From Nitrospirales bacterium (GTDB lineage: Bacteria > Nitrospirota > Nitrospiria > Nitrospirales > UBA8639): a stretch of DNA of 64,000 nucleotides. The notes under the pieces were generated by a model. That model ran no database searches, was not told the DNA's origin, and saw only the letters and a list, made by a program, of their open reading frames with translations. The stretch is from NCBI GenBank assembly GCA_963555755.3, contig OY820905.2, positions 1,888,001-1,952,000 on the forward strand, read 5' to 3'. This document shows, in pieces, positions 49,447-60,345 of this stretch (the first letter of the stretch is position 1; every line of letters starts with the position of its first letter). The position numbers and the translations under genes were made by a program.

Positions 49447-50310
49447 ATGCCGCCACTCGATCCCGCGACTCTCAACACCCTCACCGACTATGAAGATTAT
49501 TCAGTCACGTCGCAATCGTATGACACGACAAGACGGCCTATCGGGGTGGAAGTCATTTTGGGTTGTTTTGCTTCCACCAATACTCGCCCCTTACATGAAC
49601 AAGTCATTCTCGATGCCGGGTGTGGGACGGGGAATTATCTTCATGCCATTCATGACAAGGTCGGAATCTGTCATGGTATCGAAATCAATGAAGGGATGTT
49701 AGCTCAGGCTCAAAGTAAACTCGGCAATGGCTCTTCCGTCCACTTTGACCACGGCAGCCTTCTTGATTTGCCCTATTCTGACGAGTTCTTTGATGGAATC
49801 ATGTGTAACCAAGTCATTCACCATCTGGATGATCCCATGCCCACAAATGACTTTCCCAACGTGAAGACCATGCTCTCCGCCTGCTACCGCGTCCTTCGTC
49901 CTCATGGTGTGTTGGTCCTGAATATGTGCAGCCGCCACCAGCTTCTTGATGGGTTTTGGTGGGCCGATCTCATTCCCCGGGTTGTCGATCAAATGGCTGC
50001 CCGCATTCCTTCCCTGGAACTCACAGGAAAGATGCTGGAGGCTGTCGGTTTTCAACTTGGCGGTCTCACTGTTCCCCTTCATGAGGTCCTTCAAGGACCT
50101 TCGTATTTCGATCCAAGAGGACCATTAAAAAAATCCTTTCGCGACGGGGATTCCACCTGGGCCTTATTGTCAGAACAAGAATTACAGACGACCTTGGAGC
50201 AAATACGAACCCTGAATGAGAATGGGGGCATTACCCAATACCTAGACGAACGAGAGAAACGGCGAAAGCGCGTCGGACAGACAACCTTCATTTTTGCCAG
50301 AAAATATTGA
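49447..50310 (+). CDS. Class I SAM-dependent methyltransferase, substrate unknown
   Basis: ILDAGCGTGNY, FDGIMCNQVIHH, RVLRPHG. Confidence 0.9.
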   Translation: MPPLDPATLNTLTDYEDYSVTSQSYDTTRRPIGVEVILGCFASTNTRPLHEQVILDAGCGTGNYLHAIHDKVGICHGIEINEGMLAQAQSKLGNGSSVHFDHGSLLDLPYSDEFFDGIMCNQVIHHLDDPMPTNDFPNVKTMLSACYRVLRPHGVLVLNMCSRHQLLDGFWWADLIPRVVDQMAARIPSLELTGKMLEAVGFQLGGLTVPLHEVLQGPSYFDPRGPLKKSFRDGDSTWALLSEQELQTTLEQIRTLNENGGITQYLDEREKRRKRVGQTTFIFARKY

Positions 50311-50328
50311 GATGGGGAGGAAGTAACG

Positions 50329-51132
50329 ATGACGACTCAAGCAACACATCTAGATCAACAAAAACTGCAGTCCGACGAGGAAGCGAACCGATATTCCCGA
50401 CCAAGCATATTGCGATCTGAACGCATGTATGGGGAAGGCTTTCAAAGCCCTGGCGGAATTGAAGCCGTTGAGGCATTTTGCTCAAAGCTTCATATGCGGG
50501 AAGGGATGAAGGTTCTCGACTTTGGCAGCGGCTTAGGTGGAGCCACCTTTTATTTTGCCGAACGTTACTCCGCCACAGTCCTCGGTTTGGATTTTTCTCA
50601 AAATATGATCGATATCAGTACGGAGCGGAAGGAAAGAAAAAAATTACCCAACGTCACATTCCGGCGAGGGGATATTCGAACCGCGGTCCTTCCGGAAAAT
50701 ACTTTCGATTTAGCCTGGACTCGCGACTGTATTTTGTATATCCCGGAAAAACACCTTGTTTGGAAAAATGTGTATTCATCCCTTAAACCCGGTGGGCAGC
50801 TCTTCATTACGGACTTCTGTAAAGGGAACGGCTCCTTATCGGAATCATTTATTACGTATTTGGATCGCTGCGGGTATCATCTTCAAGACTTAGAAAGTTA
50901 TGGCCAAACATTGGAAAAGGCTGGGTTTCACAACATTCGGATTGAAAACCATACGAAAGCATTCATTGATTCGCTCCAGGACGAGCTCAAGAATTTAAAT
51001 AACGATCGTGATCAGTTCCTTCAAGAATTTTCCGAGAGTGACTTTGACTATCTCGTAAACCGTTGGCTCAAGAAAATTCAACTTTGTGACCAAGGCGACT
51101 TCCTGTGGGGACTTTTTATTGCGGAAAAGTAA
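50329..51132 (+). CDS. Phosphoethanolamine N-methyltransferase-like single-domain methyltransferase
   Basis: Y...SILRSERMYGEGFQSPGG, KVLDFGSGLGG, WTRDCILYIPEK, LKPGGQLFITDFC, WGLFIAEK resemble the PEAMT C-terminal domain. Confidence 0.75.
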   Translation: MTTQATHLDQQKLQSDEEANRYSRPSILRSERMYGEGFQSPGGIEAVEAFCSKLHMREGMKVLDFGSGLGGATFYFAERYSATVLGLDFSQNMIDISTERKERKKLPNVTFRRGDIRTAVLPENTFDLAWTRDCILYIPEKHLVWKNVYSSLKPGGQLFITDFCKGNGSLSESFITYLDRCGYHLQDLESYGQTLEKAGFHNIRIENHTKAFIDSLQDELKNLNNDRDQFLQEFSESDFDYLVNRWLKKIQLCDQGDFLWGLFIAEK

Positions 51133-51262
51133 GCGCGTGCACAGTCACCAGTGTAAATCCGGTTCTTAGGAAAGATTCGTTTCGGGGTTTGATGACCTTT
51201 GAGGTTGGGACTCGACAACAACAATAATTGTTATCGTTCTTCCCAGAGGAGAAGAAAAAATA

Positions 51263-51460
51263 ATGAGACAGGGAACCGCTTGTCCCAACCTGAATCATCG
51301 CCGTTCAAATGCCCCACTGCGCCACTGCATCATGTGTGGTGAAATGCTCAATCAAACCATTCCCGCTAGGCAATGTACTGTCCAAGACCATGCCAACAAG
51401 AGACGGCAAAGAGACCACTATTGTTCAGAGTGTGGTCTGCAACTCCACGAGGGGAGCTAA
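51263..51460 (+). CDS. Small Cys/His-rich putative zinc-binding protein
   Basis: CPNLNH, HCIMCG, C....H, YCSECG; GAGGAG upstream. Confidence 0.6.
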   Translation: MRQGTACPNLNHRRSNAPLRHCIMCGEMLNQTIPARQCTVQDHANKRRQRDHYCSECGLQLHEGS

Positions 51461-51552
51461 TAGAAATATGGCTGGTAACCAGTTGGACATAATTCAAAGC
51501 CTTTAATTATACCCACCTTCCTCGTCCAGCATCTATGGCATATTTTCCTTCG

Positions 51553-51752
51553 GGGAATGTTGAACCTAGAAACGGCAGTTGGGCGCAAAACCGCCGTTTC
51601 TAGGTTAAAATTTGTCCAGAGGTCTCTCGAAGGGAATTATGCTCTGAGTCCTTTGGTTTGGCTCAGGGTTGAGCAGCCTCATTCCTTCTGACCTATGAGA
51701 GTGTTGAGCAGTTGTCCCCAATTTGAAAATTTTTTGAATTTTTCAACAGGCC
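51553..51752. mobile_element. Degenerate family A-like element containing a 40-bp CCTAGAAAC mini-element (51565-51604)
   Basis: gggaatgttgaa|cctagaaacggcagttgggcgcaaaaccgccgtttctagg|ttaaa ... tttttcaacaggcc. Confidence 0.65.
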
Positions 51753-51851
51753 TCATAGCCATTCTGAAACCTCGAAACTACGACTCAATTGATATCCGCT
51801 TTCATCCTCTCTTTGGCAACCCGGATAAGATAACCCGTCGGGTAAAGGCTT

Positions 51852-52271
51852 TTAAGTATTCCAAGGGTTGATCAGGTGAAGATCACAACCTTGAAAGTCT
51901 TTAATGTTTCTTGTGGCAATTGATGCGTTGTGACTTTTTGCTATTGACGCGATGATGAGATCAATGGCGTCCACTCCTAGCCCTTTTTGCTCACGACGGG
52001 CAGCCAACTCTCCATATAACATGGCAGCCTGTTCATCAAAAGACAGTATTCTTCCTCCAAAAGCATCCCTGACAAAAGCCATGAAGTTTTGCTCAAGCGT
52101 TTTCTGTTTTTTCCCTTTGGGTAACCGTGCGAGACCGCGAAGGATTTCAGCAAGGGCAATGACGGTTAAGGTTAATTCTTGTGCTTTATGAAAATGAATC
52201 CATTGCTTGACGTGAGAATCAGGTTCTTCACGCATCAATTCGGAAATCACGTTAGTATCAAGAATAATCAT
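51852..52271 (-). CDS. vapC: VapC/FitB PIN-domain toxin
   Basis: MIILDTNVISE, DLIIASIA, ATRNIKDF. Confidence 0.93.
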   Translation of the reverse strand: MIILDTNVISELMREEPDSHVKQWIHFHKAQELTLTVIALAEILRGLARLPKGKKQKTLEQNFMAFVRDAFGGRILSFDEQAAMLYGELAARREQKGLGVDAIDLIIASIAKSHNASIATRNIKDFQGCDLHLINPWNT

Positions 52272-52516
52272 GTGCTGAAAGCAACGGGTTTTCGCGTTGA
52301 TCCACGTTTGGGCATTTTCAGATCAATGCCATTTTCTGGGCCAAAGTATTGTTCAGCCAAATTCAGAATGTTGATTGGTGTAAAGGTTTTTACGCTGGAT
52401 GCTTGTTGGAGAATAAGCCGTGCATGGGCTTCCAGAGAAATTCCTGATTGTGCCGCCTGGACACGAAGAATTTCTTTCGTCTTATCCGGTAAATCTCGAA
52501 TGGTAATGTTGGCCAT
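52268..52516 (-). CDS. FitA/StbC-like ribbon-helix-helix antitoxin
   Basis: MANITIRDLPD..LRVQAAQSGISLEAHARLIL; ATGA overlap with the toxin gene. Confidence 0.9.
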   Translation of the reverse strand: MANITIRDLPDKTKEILRVQAAQSGISLEAHARLILQQASSVKTFTPINILNLAEQYFGPENGIDLKMPKRGSTRKPVAFST

Positions 52517-52657
52517 GCCTCACCCCCTTCTTTCAGAATCATTGCAATCAATGATTCCAATGATAACATCAATATCGATGAAAGGAAAGAGGGCGGCATG
52601 CCACATTCGGAATGGGGAAATGAGAGACCCTGAGGGAGGAGATGCAACAAGGAAGGG

Positions 52658-54094
52658 TCAAGAACACGATGCGGCTAGACTCTTTCCTGCCCGCAGATAA
52701 GCCTCAACCCCAGCAGCAGCTTGGCGGCCTTCAGCAATAGCCCAGACAATCAGAGATGCCCCGCGCTTGGTATCACCCGCGGCAAAAACACCGTCTTTGC
52801 TGGTCATAAAATTTTCATCCGCCGAGACGTTACCTCGTGCATCATAGTTCACACCCAGACTGTCGAGCAATCCATTTTTAACCGGCCCCGTAAAGCCCAT
52901 GGCCAACAACACCAAATCCGCATCCATGTCAAATTCCGTACCTTGGACTGGTGTAAATTTTCCTGCTTCAAACGAAACCTGATGCCCGTGCAATTTGATG
53001 ACTTGGCCATTCTCGCCGGAGAACTTGGTGGTTGAGACACTCCATTGTCGGTCACAGCCTTCTTCGTGGGAATGCGAGGTGCGCAATTGCATCGGCCAGA
53101 GCGGCCACGGCGTGGACTCCGCACGCAGAGGGGGCGGTTCGGGCAATAATTCGAATTGATGCACTTCGATGCACCCTTGACGGTGCGCGGTCCCAAGACA
53201 GTCTGATCCTGTGTCTCCTCCGCCAATAATAATGACCTTCTTCCCTTTGGCGGTAATTTGCTCCACAGAAAGGGAATCGCCGGCATTGGATTTATTTTGC
53301 TGGGTAAGATACTCCATCGCAAAGTGGACGCCATTGAGTTCCCTGCCCGGCACTGGGAGATCACGCGGCTGTTCCGCCCCCAGGGCGAGACAGACCGCAT
53401 CAAACTGTCGGGCCAGGCCCTCTCCTGTGACATCCTCACCCACGTTCACGCTGGTTTCGAATTGCACGCCTTCGGCTTTCATTTGATCAAGTCGTCGATC
53501 GATGACCCACTTTTCCATTTTAAAATCCGGGATGCCGTAACGTAGAAGCCCGCCGATCCGGTCAGCTTTTTCATACACCGTCACACTGTATCCGGCTCGA
53601 GCCAGTTGCTGGGCAGCGGCCAACCCTGCCGGCCCTGATCCCACCACAGCAACCTTCTTTCCAGTTTTGACCACTGGCATGATCGGTTCAACCCACCCTT
53701 CATCGAACCCGCGATCGATAATGTTCCATTCCACGACTCGAATGGACACTGGATCGGCATTGATACCAAGCACGCATGCGGATTCGCATGGCGCGGGGCA
53801 CAACCGACCAGTAAATTCAGGAAAGTTGTTCGTGGAATGGAGCGCCTTGAGTGCATCCTTCCAACGACCACGGTGGACCAGATCGTTCCATTCCGGGATC
53901 AAGTTGACGACGGGACAGCCGTTGTTGCTCTGGCAAAAGGGCACGCCACAATCCATGCACCGGCCACCCTGGTTTCGGAGCTTGTCTTCTGAAAAGGGTT
54001 CATACATCTCGTTCCAGTCCAGAACGCGCAGTTCGACCGGACGCCGGGTGGGACCTTCTCTGGAAAATTTCACGAACCCTCGTGGATCACCCAT
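52658..54094 (-). CDS. gltD: Glutamate synthase small subunit
   Basis: [41 protein letters not shown]. Confidence 0.97.
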   Translation of the reverse strand: MGDPRGFVKFSREGPTRRPVELRVLDWNEMYEPFSEDKLRNQGGRCMDCGVPFCQSNNGCPVVNLIPEWNDLVHRGRWKDALKALHSTNNFPEFTGRLCPAPCESACVLGINADPVSIRVVEWNIIDRGFDEGWVEPIMPVVKTGKKVAVVGSGPAGLAAAQQLARAGYSVTVYEKADRIGGLLRYGIPDFKMEKWVIDRRLDQMKAEGVQFETSVNVGEDVTGEGLARQFDAVCLALGAEQPRDLPVPGRELNGVHFAMEYLTQQNKSNAGDSLSVEQITAKGKKVIIIGGGDTGSDCLGTAHRQGCIEVHQFELLPEPPPLRAESTPWPLWPMQLRTSHSHEEGCDRQWSVSTTKFSGENGQVIKLHGHQVSFEAGKFTPVQGTEFDMDADLVLLAMGFTGPVKNGLLDSLGVNYDARGNVSADENFMTSKDGVFAAGDTKRGASLIVWAIAEGRQAAAGVEAYLRAGKSLAASCS

Positions 54095-57000
54095 AGGCCA
54101 TCACCTGCTTTTCGCTGCTGCCTTTTTTGGCCGACGCTTTGCGTTCAGCCAAAACCCGTTTGTAATCCACGGGCATCACCTTCACAAACTTGGAAAGCAT
54201 CGTTTGCCAGGAATCTAATACCATCTGAGCTCTTCGGCTTCCCGTATACCGAACGTGGTTTTCAATCATAGTTTTCAAGGTTCGAATATCTTCAGCAGCC
54301 ATGACTTTTTCAAGCTCCACCATGCCCAGATTGCAGCGAGATTCAAACTTACCATCCTCGTTGAGCACATAGGCCTCACCACCGGACATCCCAGCCGCAA
54401 AATTCCGACCGGTTGGCCCTAACACCACCACGACACCTCCGGTCATGTATTCACAGCAATGATCACCCGTGCCTTCTATCACCGCACGCACGCCACTGTT
54501 TCTCACGGCAAAGCGTTCTCCTGCCATGCCGTAAAAATAACATTCCCCTTTGGTGGCGCCATAGAGTGAGGTGTTCCCGATCAAAATCGTCTCTTCCGGT
54601 TTGAACGTACAGCCCTTCGGTGGCGTGACAATAATTTTTCCACCTGACAGACCTTTGCCAAGATAATCATTCGATTCGCCTTCAAGTGTGAGGGTAATGC
54701 CCTGCGAAACAAACGCGCCAAATGACTGACCGGCTGATCCGGTAAAATTCAGCGTGATGGTATCAGGCGGAAGACCCTCCTCTCCGTACTTTCTGGCGAT
54801 GTGGCTGGATAAAATCGTCCCGGTCGTGCGGTCCGTATTGTGAATGGGCAAATCACAGACCACCTTCTCTCCTCGCTCAATAGCCTGTTGGCACAGCTCA
54901 ACCAGTTTATTGTCCATCACTTTATCCAAGCCATGGTCCTGAGAATCAACGCAAAACGTTTTCACATGAGGTTCGACCTCAGGTTTCCACAGCAACAGCG
55001 ACAGATCCAATCCTTTGGCTTTCCAGTGGTCGAGAGCCTTTTCTACCTTGAGTTTATCGACTTGGCCAATCATATCGGTAAATATTTTGAATCCGAGTTT
55101 GGCCATCAGTTGCCGGACTTCCTCTGCGACAAAAAAGAAATAATTCACTACATGATCAGGCTGACCGGTAAACCGTTTGCGAAGTTCGGGATCTTGCGTG
55201 GCCACGCCCACCGGGCAGGTATTCAGATGGCACTTCCGCATCATGATGCAGCCTTCCACAATCAGCGGTGCGGTGGAAAATCCAAATTCTTCGGCGCCAA
55301 GCAGTGCGGCAATCACCACATCGCGTCCAGTTTTCATTTGTCCATCCGTCTCGACACGAATGCGGCCACGAAGATCGTTGAGCACCAACGTCTGATGCGT
55401 TTCAGCCAACCCCAGCTCCCAGGGAATTCCCGCATATTTGATCGAGGACAGTGGCGACGCGCCAGTCCCACCAGAGTCGCCACTGATCAACACTTTATCC
55501 GCATGCGCTTTAGACACCCCCGCAGCCACCGTGCCCACACCAACCTCGGACACTAACTTCACCGACACATCCGCCTCAGGGTTCGAATTCTTGAGATCAA
55601 AAATAAGTTGTGCGAGATCTTCAATCGAATAAATATCATGATGCGGCGGCGGAGAAATCAGTCCCACACCCGGCATAGAAAACCGCATCGTGGCAATGGC
55701 GTCGTCCACTTTATGACCGGGCAGTTGCCCCCCTTCACCAGGCTTGGCGCCTTGCGCCATTTTTATTTGCAGCTCTTTCGCATGAATCAAATAATTCGCG
55801 GTTACTCCAAAACGCCCTGAGGCCACTTGTTTGATATAGGAATTCTTCGAATCCCCATTCGGCAACGGCACGAATCGCGCGGCATCTTCCCCGCCCTCGC
55901 CGGTGTTACTCTTGCCACCAATGCGGTTCATGGCAATCGCCAGGGTTTCATGCGCTTCTTTGCTGATCGCACCATAGGACATCGCGCCAGTCGTGAAACG
56001 CTTCACGATATCTTTCGCTGACTCAACTTCTTCGATGGGAACGGGTTCAGGCGCGAATTGGAAATCAAACAATCCACGAAGGTTTGAGCGACGTGTGCTC
56101 TCGTTATTGACCAGCTCCGAAAACTCTTCGTAGGTTTTGGCATCATTAGCTTGTGTGGCATGCTGTAATTTCAAGATGGTTTCCGGATTCCAATTATGAT
56201 GTTCCCCCTGGATGCGGTAGTGAATTTCACTCCCGAAATCGAGTTGCCGTATGGGTGCGGGTTGATAGGCCACCGAATGCCGACGCAAGGTTTCTTCCCC
56301 AATTTCCCGCATGCCAATGCCTTCAACACGCGAGGCCGTTCCCGTGAAGTACAGATCCACGAGTTCTTGGCGCAGTCCCACTGCCTCGAAAATTTGTGCG
56401 CCACAATAAGACTGCACCGTAGAAATTCCCATCTTGGAAAAGATCTTGAGTAGCCCCTTATTGATGGCCTTAATAAATTTTTCCGAGGCTGTCTCCGCAT
56501 CCACTCCTTCTGGCAAATACCCTTCACGTTCCAAATCCACATAGGTTTCAAACACCAGGTAGGGGTTGATCACACCAGCGCCATAGCCAATCAAACAGGC
56601 GAAATGGTGGACATCACGCGGCTCACCGGTTTCAAGAATCAACCCCACTTCGGTCCGTGTGGCCTCCCGCACCAAATGATGATGAACCGCCGCGATTCCC
56701 AAGAGACTGGGAATTGGAGCCCACTCTTCATTGACCCCACGGTCACTTAACATTAAAAATTTGTACCCGTCCTTGATCGCTTTGGACGCATTCTGACAGA
56801 GCTGATCCACTGCAGTCCCTAAGCCATCCGGGCCTTCAGCCACGCGGAACAACATCGATAACGTTTTACTGGCAAAATTGGGGTCTTCGAACTCACGAAG
56901 TTTCTGCAACTCGGCATTCGTCAAAATCGGTTGCCGGACTTTAATGCGGCGACAGGCTTCCGGCGTTTCCGCGATCAGGTTCGGTTTGGGCCCTATGTTC

Positions 57001-58643
57001 GTGACCAGCGACATCACGAGCTGTTCACGAATTGGATCAATAGGCGGATTCGTGACTTGTGCAAAGAGTTGTTTGAAATACTTCGAGAGCAGCTGAGGAC
57101 GATCGGAGAGAACCGCTAACGGCGTGTCGGTCCCCATCGAAGAAGTCGGCTCTTCGCCATTAATGCCCATTGGCGAAAGCACCATCTTGAGCTCTTCGAT
57201 GGTGACACCAAATACCTGTTGTCGTTGACGGAGGGTTTGGTGGTCCGGTTGAGGCACACTCAATGGCTCGGGGAGTTCATCCAACGACACGCGATGTTGG
57301 GTCAGCCAGGAACGGTACGGCTTACGCCCGACAATATCGGCTTTGATTTCTTCATCGTCGATAATTCGGCCCTGAATCGTATCCACGACAAACATCCGTC
57401 CAGGTTGGAGCCGGCCTTTCTCACGAATATTTTTCGCCTCGGTGGGAAGCACGCCGGCTTCAGATGCCAGGATAACCAGATCATCCGTGGTGACCTGATA
57501 ACGACAGGGACGCAACCCATTACGATCGAGCGTCGCACCAATGAGCTTGCCATCCGTAAAGGCCACGGCCGCCGGACCATCCCAGGGTTCCATCATCGCG
57601 GCGTGATATTCGTAGAACCCGCGCCGCTCTAGGCTCATACTAGGATTCCCGACCCACGGTTCCGGGATGAGCATCATCATCGCGTGGGGCAACGATCGCC
57701 CCGCCATCACCAAAAACTCGACCGCGTTGTCCAGACAGGCGGAATCGCTTTGGTTTTCATAGACGATCGGATACAGCTTTTCCAGATCCTTCCCAAACAA
57801 GTCCGACTGCAATCGACCTTGTCGGGCACGCATCCAATTGACATTGCCACGGAGCGTATTGATCTCGCCATTGTGAACCGTATACCGATAGGGATGAGCC
57901 AAAGTCCACGTGGGAAAGGTGTTCGTGCTAAACCGCGAATGCACCAATCCAAGCGCCGTCACCATGCTGGAATCTTCCAAGTCCGAAAAAAAGTGGCCTA
58001 ACTGTTCCGGCAACAGCATGCCCTTATAGACGATCGTATTCGCGGATAGGCTGCAGATGTACACCTTGCCACGCTCGACCAACGCCGATTCCCGAATTGC
58101 GCGAGCAATGCGCTTTCGCACGACATAGAGCTTCCGCTCAAATTGCGCTTCATTCAAAATGTCTCGAGCGATAAAGAATTGCCGGATGTACGGGAGGGTT
58201 TGCTTGGCTTGATCCCCAACGTGTTCAAGCTTGACTGGCACATCACGCCAGCCTAAAAACCGCACGCCTTCTTCACGAATAATTGTTTCAAAAAGCCCTT
58301 CGCACTGACGGCGCAACGGCACATCTTGTGGGAGGAACACCATACCAACGCCATAGCCACCGGATTCGGAAAGCGTAATCCCAATATCCGCCGCCGCTCG
58401 ACGAAAAAATTCGTGCGAGATCTGCATGAGGATTCCCGCCCCATCCCCAGTACAGGGATCGCACCCCTGAGCCCCTCGATGGTGAAGATTCTTTAAAACC
58501 TGGAGGGCCTTCTGAATAATGTCGTGGGACTTGTGCCCTTTAATATTGGCCACAAACCCGATCCCACACCCATCCTTTTCAAAACGGGGATCGTATAGCC
58601 CTTGCTTGGGCGGCATGCCGTAGAAATTGGTTTGATCAGCCAT
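54087..58643 (-). CDS. gltB: Glutamate synthase large subunit
   Basis: [46 protein letters not shown] domain. Confidence 0.98.
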   Translation of the reverse strand: MADQTNFYGMPPKQGLYDPRFEKDGCGIGFVANIKGHKSHDIIQKALQVLKNLHHRGAQGCDPCTGDGAGILMQISHEFFRRAAADIGITLSESGGYGVGMVFLPQDVPLRRQCEGLFETIIREEGVRFLGWRDVPVKLEHVGDQAKQTLPYIRQFFIARDILNEAQFERKLYVVRKRIARAIRESALVERGKVYICSLSANTIVYKGMLLPEQLGHFFSDLEDSSMVTALGLVHSRFSTNTFPTWTLAHPYRYTVHNGEINTLRGNVNWMRARQGRLQSDLFGKDLEKLYPIVYENQSDSACLDNAVEFLVMAGRSLPHAMMMLIPEPWVGNPSMSLERRGFYEYHAAMMEPWDGPAAVAFTDGKLIGATLDRNGLRPCRYQVTTDDLVILASEAGVLPTEAKNIREKGRLQPGRMFVVDTIQGRIIDDEEIKADIVGRKPYRSWLTQHRVSLDELPEPLSVPQPDHQTLRQRQQVFGVTIEELKMVLSPMGINGEEPTSSMGTDTPLAVLSDRPQLLSKYFKQLFAQVTNPPIDPIREQLVMSLVTNIGPKPNLIAETPEACRRIKVRQPILTNAELQKLREFEDPNFASKTLSMLFRVAEGPDGLGTAVDQLCQNASKAIKDGYKFLMLSDRGVNEEWAPIPSLLGIAAVHHHLVREATRTEVGLILETGEPRDVHHFACLIGYGAGVINPYLVFETYVDLEREGYLPEGVDAETASEKFIKAINKGLLKIFSKMGISTVQSYCGAQIFEAVGLRQELVDLYFTGTASRVEGIGMREIGEETLRRHSVAYQPAPIRQLDFGSEIHYRIQGEHHNWNPETILKLQHATQANDAKTYEEFSELVNNESTRRSNLRGLFDFQFAPEPVPIEEVESAKDIVKRFTTGAMSYGAISKEAHETLAIAMNRIGGKSNTGEGGEDAARFVPLPNGDSKNSYIKQVASGRFGVTANYLIHAKELQIKMAQGAKPGEGGQLPGHKVDDAIATMRFSMPGVGLISPPPHHDIYSIEDLAQLIFDLKNSNPEADVSVKLVSEVGVGTVAAGVSKAHADKVLISGDSGGTGASPLSSIKYAGIPWELGLAETHQTLVLNDLRGRIRVETDGQMKTGRDVVIAALLGAEEFGFSTAPLIVEGCIMMRKCHLNTCPVGVATQDPELRKRFTGQPDHVVNYFFFVAEEVRQLMAKLGFKIFTDMIGQVDKLKVEKALDHWKAKGLDLSLLLWKPEVEPHVKTFCVDSQDHGLDKVMDNKLVELCQQAIERGEKVVCDLPIHNTDRTTGTILSSHIARKYGEEGLPPDTITLNFTGSAGQSFGAFVSQGITLTLEGESNDYLGKGLSGGKIIVTPPKGCTFKPEETILIGNTSLYGATKGECYFYGMAGERFAVRNSGVRAVIEGTGDHCCEYMTGGVVVVLGPTGRNFAAGMSGGEAYVLNEDGKFESRCNLGMVELEKVMAAEDIRTLKTMIENHVRYTGSRRAQMVLDSWQTMLSKFVKVMPVDYKRVLAERKASAKKGSSEKQVMAYG

Positions 58644-58862
58644 AGTTCTTTACACCAAATTCCATCGTCAGCGATTCCATGACGATGATCTCATCCCACG
58701 CGAATTTGAAGAGTGCCCCCTCCAATTCCTTCACACTAACTCATTCAAAGAAAAGGGAAATGGTGGGAAAAATAGGCAATTCTGAAATCTACTTGAAGAA
58801 TTCTGAGGGTGTCAAGGAACTGTGTGCCCCGAAAAGGTTACCTAGGATTGTCAAAAAAATAA

Positions 58863-59123
58863 TCAGGACCGCCTTTTATAAATATCACGGCGATGGCCAA
58901 TACGTAATACCACAATATCAGACTCGACTAGATCAAAAATGATACGGTAATCCCCAACTCGAAATCGGTAAGATCCAAGTTGAGAATTCGTAAGTTTTTC
59001 GGCGTGTTTTAGGGGAGCGGATTGGAATCGAAGAAGTGCCTTGCGAAGCCGGACTTTTATCGAATCATCAAATTTTTCTAGATCCTTGATCGCCCGATGC
59101 GTAATACGATAGTGAAAGATCAC
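58863..59123 (-). CDS. RelE/ParE-family toxin
   Basis: RAIKDLEK ... YRFRVGDYRIIF ... IGHRRDIY. Confidence 0.9.
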   Translation of the reverse strand: MIFHYRITHRAIKDLEKFDDSIKVRLRKALLRFQSAPLKHAEKLTNSQLGSYRFRVGDYRIIFDLVESDIVVLRIGHRRDIYKRRS

Positions 59124-59320
59124 TACCCAAACACCTCTTTTAACGTCTTCACTTTCCCTTTTTTATATTCGGCCCTTGCCTCCCTAATACTAGCTAAATA
59201 GTCTGGTGAAGTTGAGGCCAAGAGGTCTTCCAAAAATGCCTCACGTTGTTTTTTTTTCATTTGCTTGACAGCTTGAATAATGGTCTCAGGTTGTACGTGC
59301 ATGATGACGGATGTAGCCAA
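59123..59320 (-). CDS. Antitoxin of the RelE-type pair
   Basis: Short ORF overlapping the toxin start; ASIREARAEYKKGKVKTLKEVF tail. Confidence 0.8.
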   Translation of the reverse strand: MATSVIMHVQPETIIQAVKQMKKKQREAFLEDLLASTSPDYLASIREARAEYKKGKVKTLKEVFG

Positions 59321-59514
59321 AATTTACCTCCTCCCGGAAATGATACGCATGACTAAAATCGTAGGTCACAAAACCTTGAAAGTCAATGGACAGGCGTACC
59401 CCTCAAAAAACGAAGCCCCGTCACAAACAGAAAAAGGTAAGGGCGATGGCACCTTCTCCACAATCAGAATAACTTTTATGCAATGGAGCACTTCGATTTA
59501 GGGTATGAAGGGTG

Positions 59515-60042
59515 TCAAAAAATCAGCCCCCTCTCGGATAAAAAGCTGAGAATTTTCGACAGACTCTCCGCCTGGGGTTCAAGTGAGGTTTTCAGGACCA
59601 AATCCGGGCTGGTTGGAACTTCGTAAGAATCTGAGACGCCGGTGAAATGTTGGATTTCACCGGCGCGGGCTTTTTTATACATCCCCTTCACATCTCGGGC
59701 CTGGCACACCTCCAACGGACAATCCACGAAAACCTCGACATAATTTTCAAACTCTTTTCTGATTTCGTCACGAGCCTCCTGATAGGGTGATATAGCAGCA
59801 ACAATAGCCACGACTCCGTGACGAGCCAAGAGATGCGCAACATAGGCAATTCGCCGGACATTTTCCATCCGGTCTTCTTTGGAAAACCCTAGACCTTTGG
59901 TCAAACGCTGACGAACAATATCCCCATCAAAAATTTCCGAAGGCACTCCCTTAGCCTTCCAATATTCATGAAGAAGACGAGCCAACGTGCTCTTTCCTGA
60001 ACACGGCAACCCGGTAAACCAAATAACAGATCCTGCTTTCAA
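59515..60042 (-). CDS. cysC: Adenylyl-sulfate kinase
   Basis: WFTGLPCSGKST, DGD.VR, ISPY, RDVKGMY, FTGVSDSYE. Confidence 0.95.
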   Translation of the reverse strand: MKAGSVIWFTGLPCSGKSTLARLLHEYWKAKGVPSEIFDGDIVRQRLTKGLGFSKEDRMENVRRIAYVAHLLARHGVVAIVAAISPYQEARDEIRKEFENYVEVFVDCPLEVCQARDVKGMYKKARAGEIQHFTGVSDSYEVPTSPDLVLKTSLEPQAESLSKILSFLSERGLIF

Positions 60043-60310
60043 AGCATCCTCCCGTGTTACTTAAACCCAAAATTATGAATAGCAACTTGTGGTTATACAT
60101 AAACTAGGCTCAGAGACCAATGACTGCTGGGGCGAAATTTAGGAGCCTACCAAATTCGCAGCCAAAAATCTTGATGGGTTCGCCAAACTAATTTTACCTG
60201 GGGACCCTTAATCCTACCCTGCTATTTGGAGACAATGCCAAGTTCCTTAACCGTACAAAATACCTGTCCAACGGTCACCCCCTCGAAAGAGTTATAACCC
60301 TCTGCCTACC

Positions 60311-60339
60311 TTGACAATCTCCAGACCCCACCCTACTAT
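60311..60339 (+). promoter_or_regulatory. Sigma70-type promoter TTGACA-17-TACTAT
   Basis: ttgaca 60311-60316, tactat 60334-60339; the ATG begins 7 nt after the -10 box. Confidence 0.65.
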
Positions 60340-60345
60340 CGTCGG

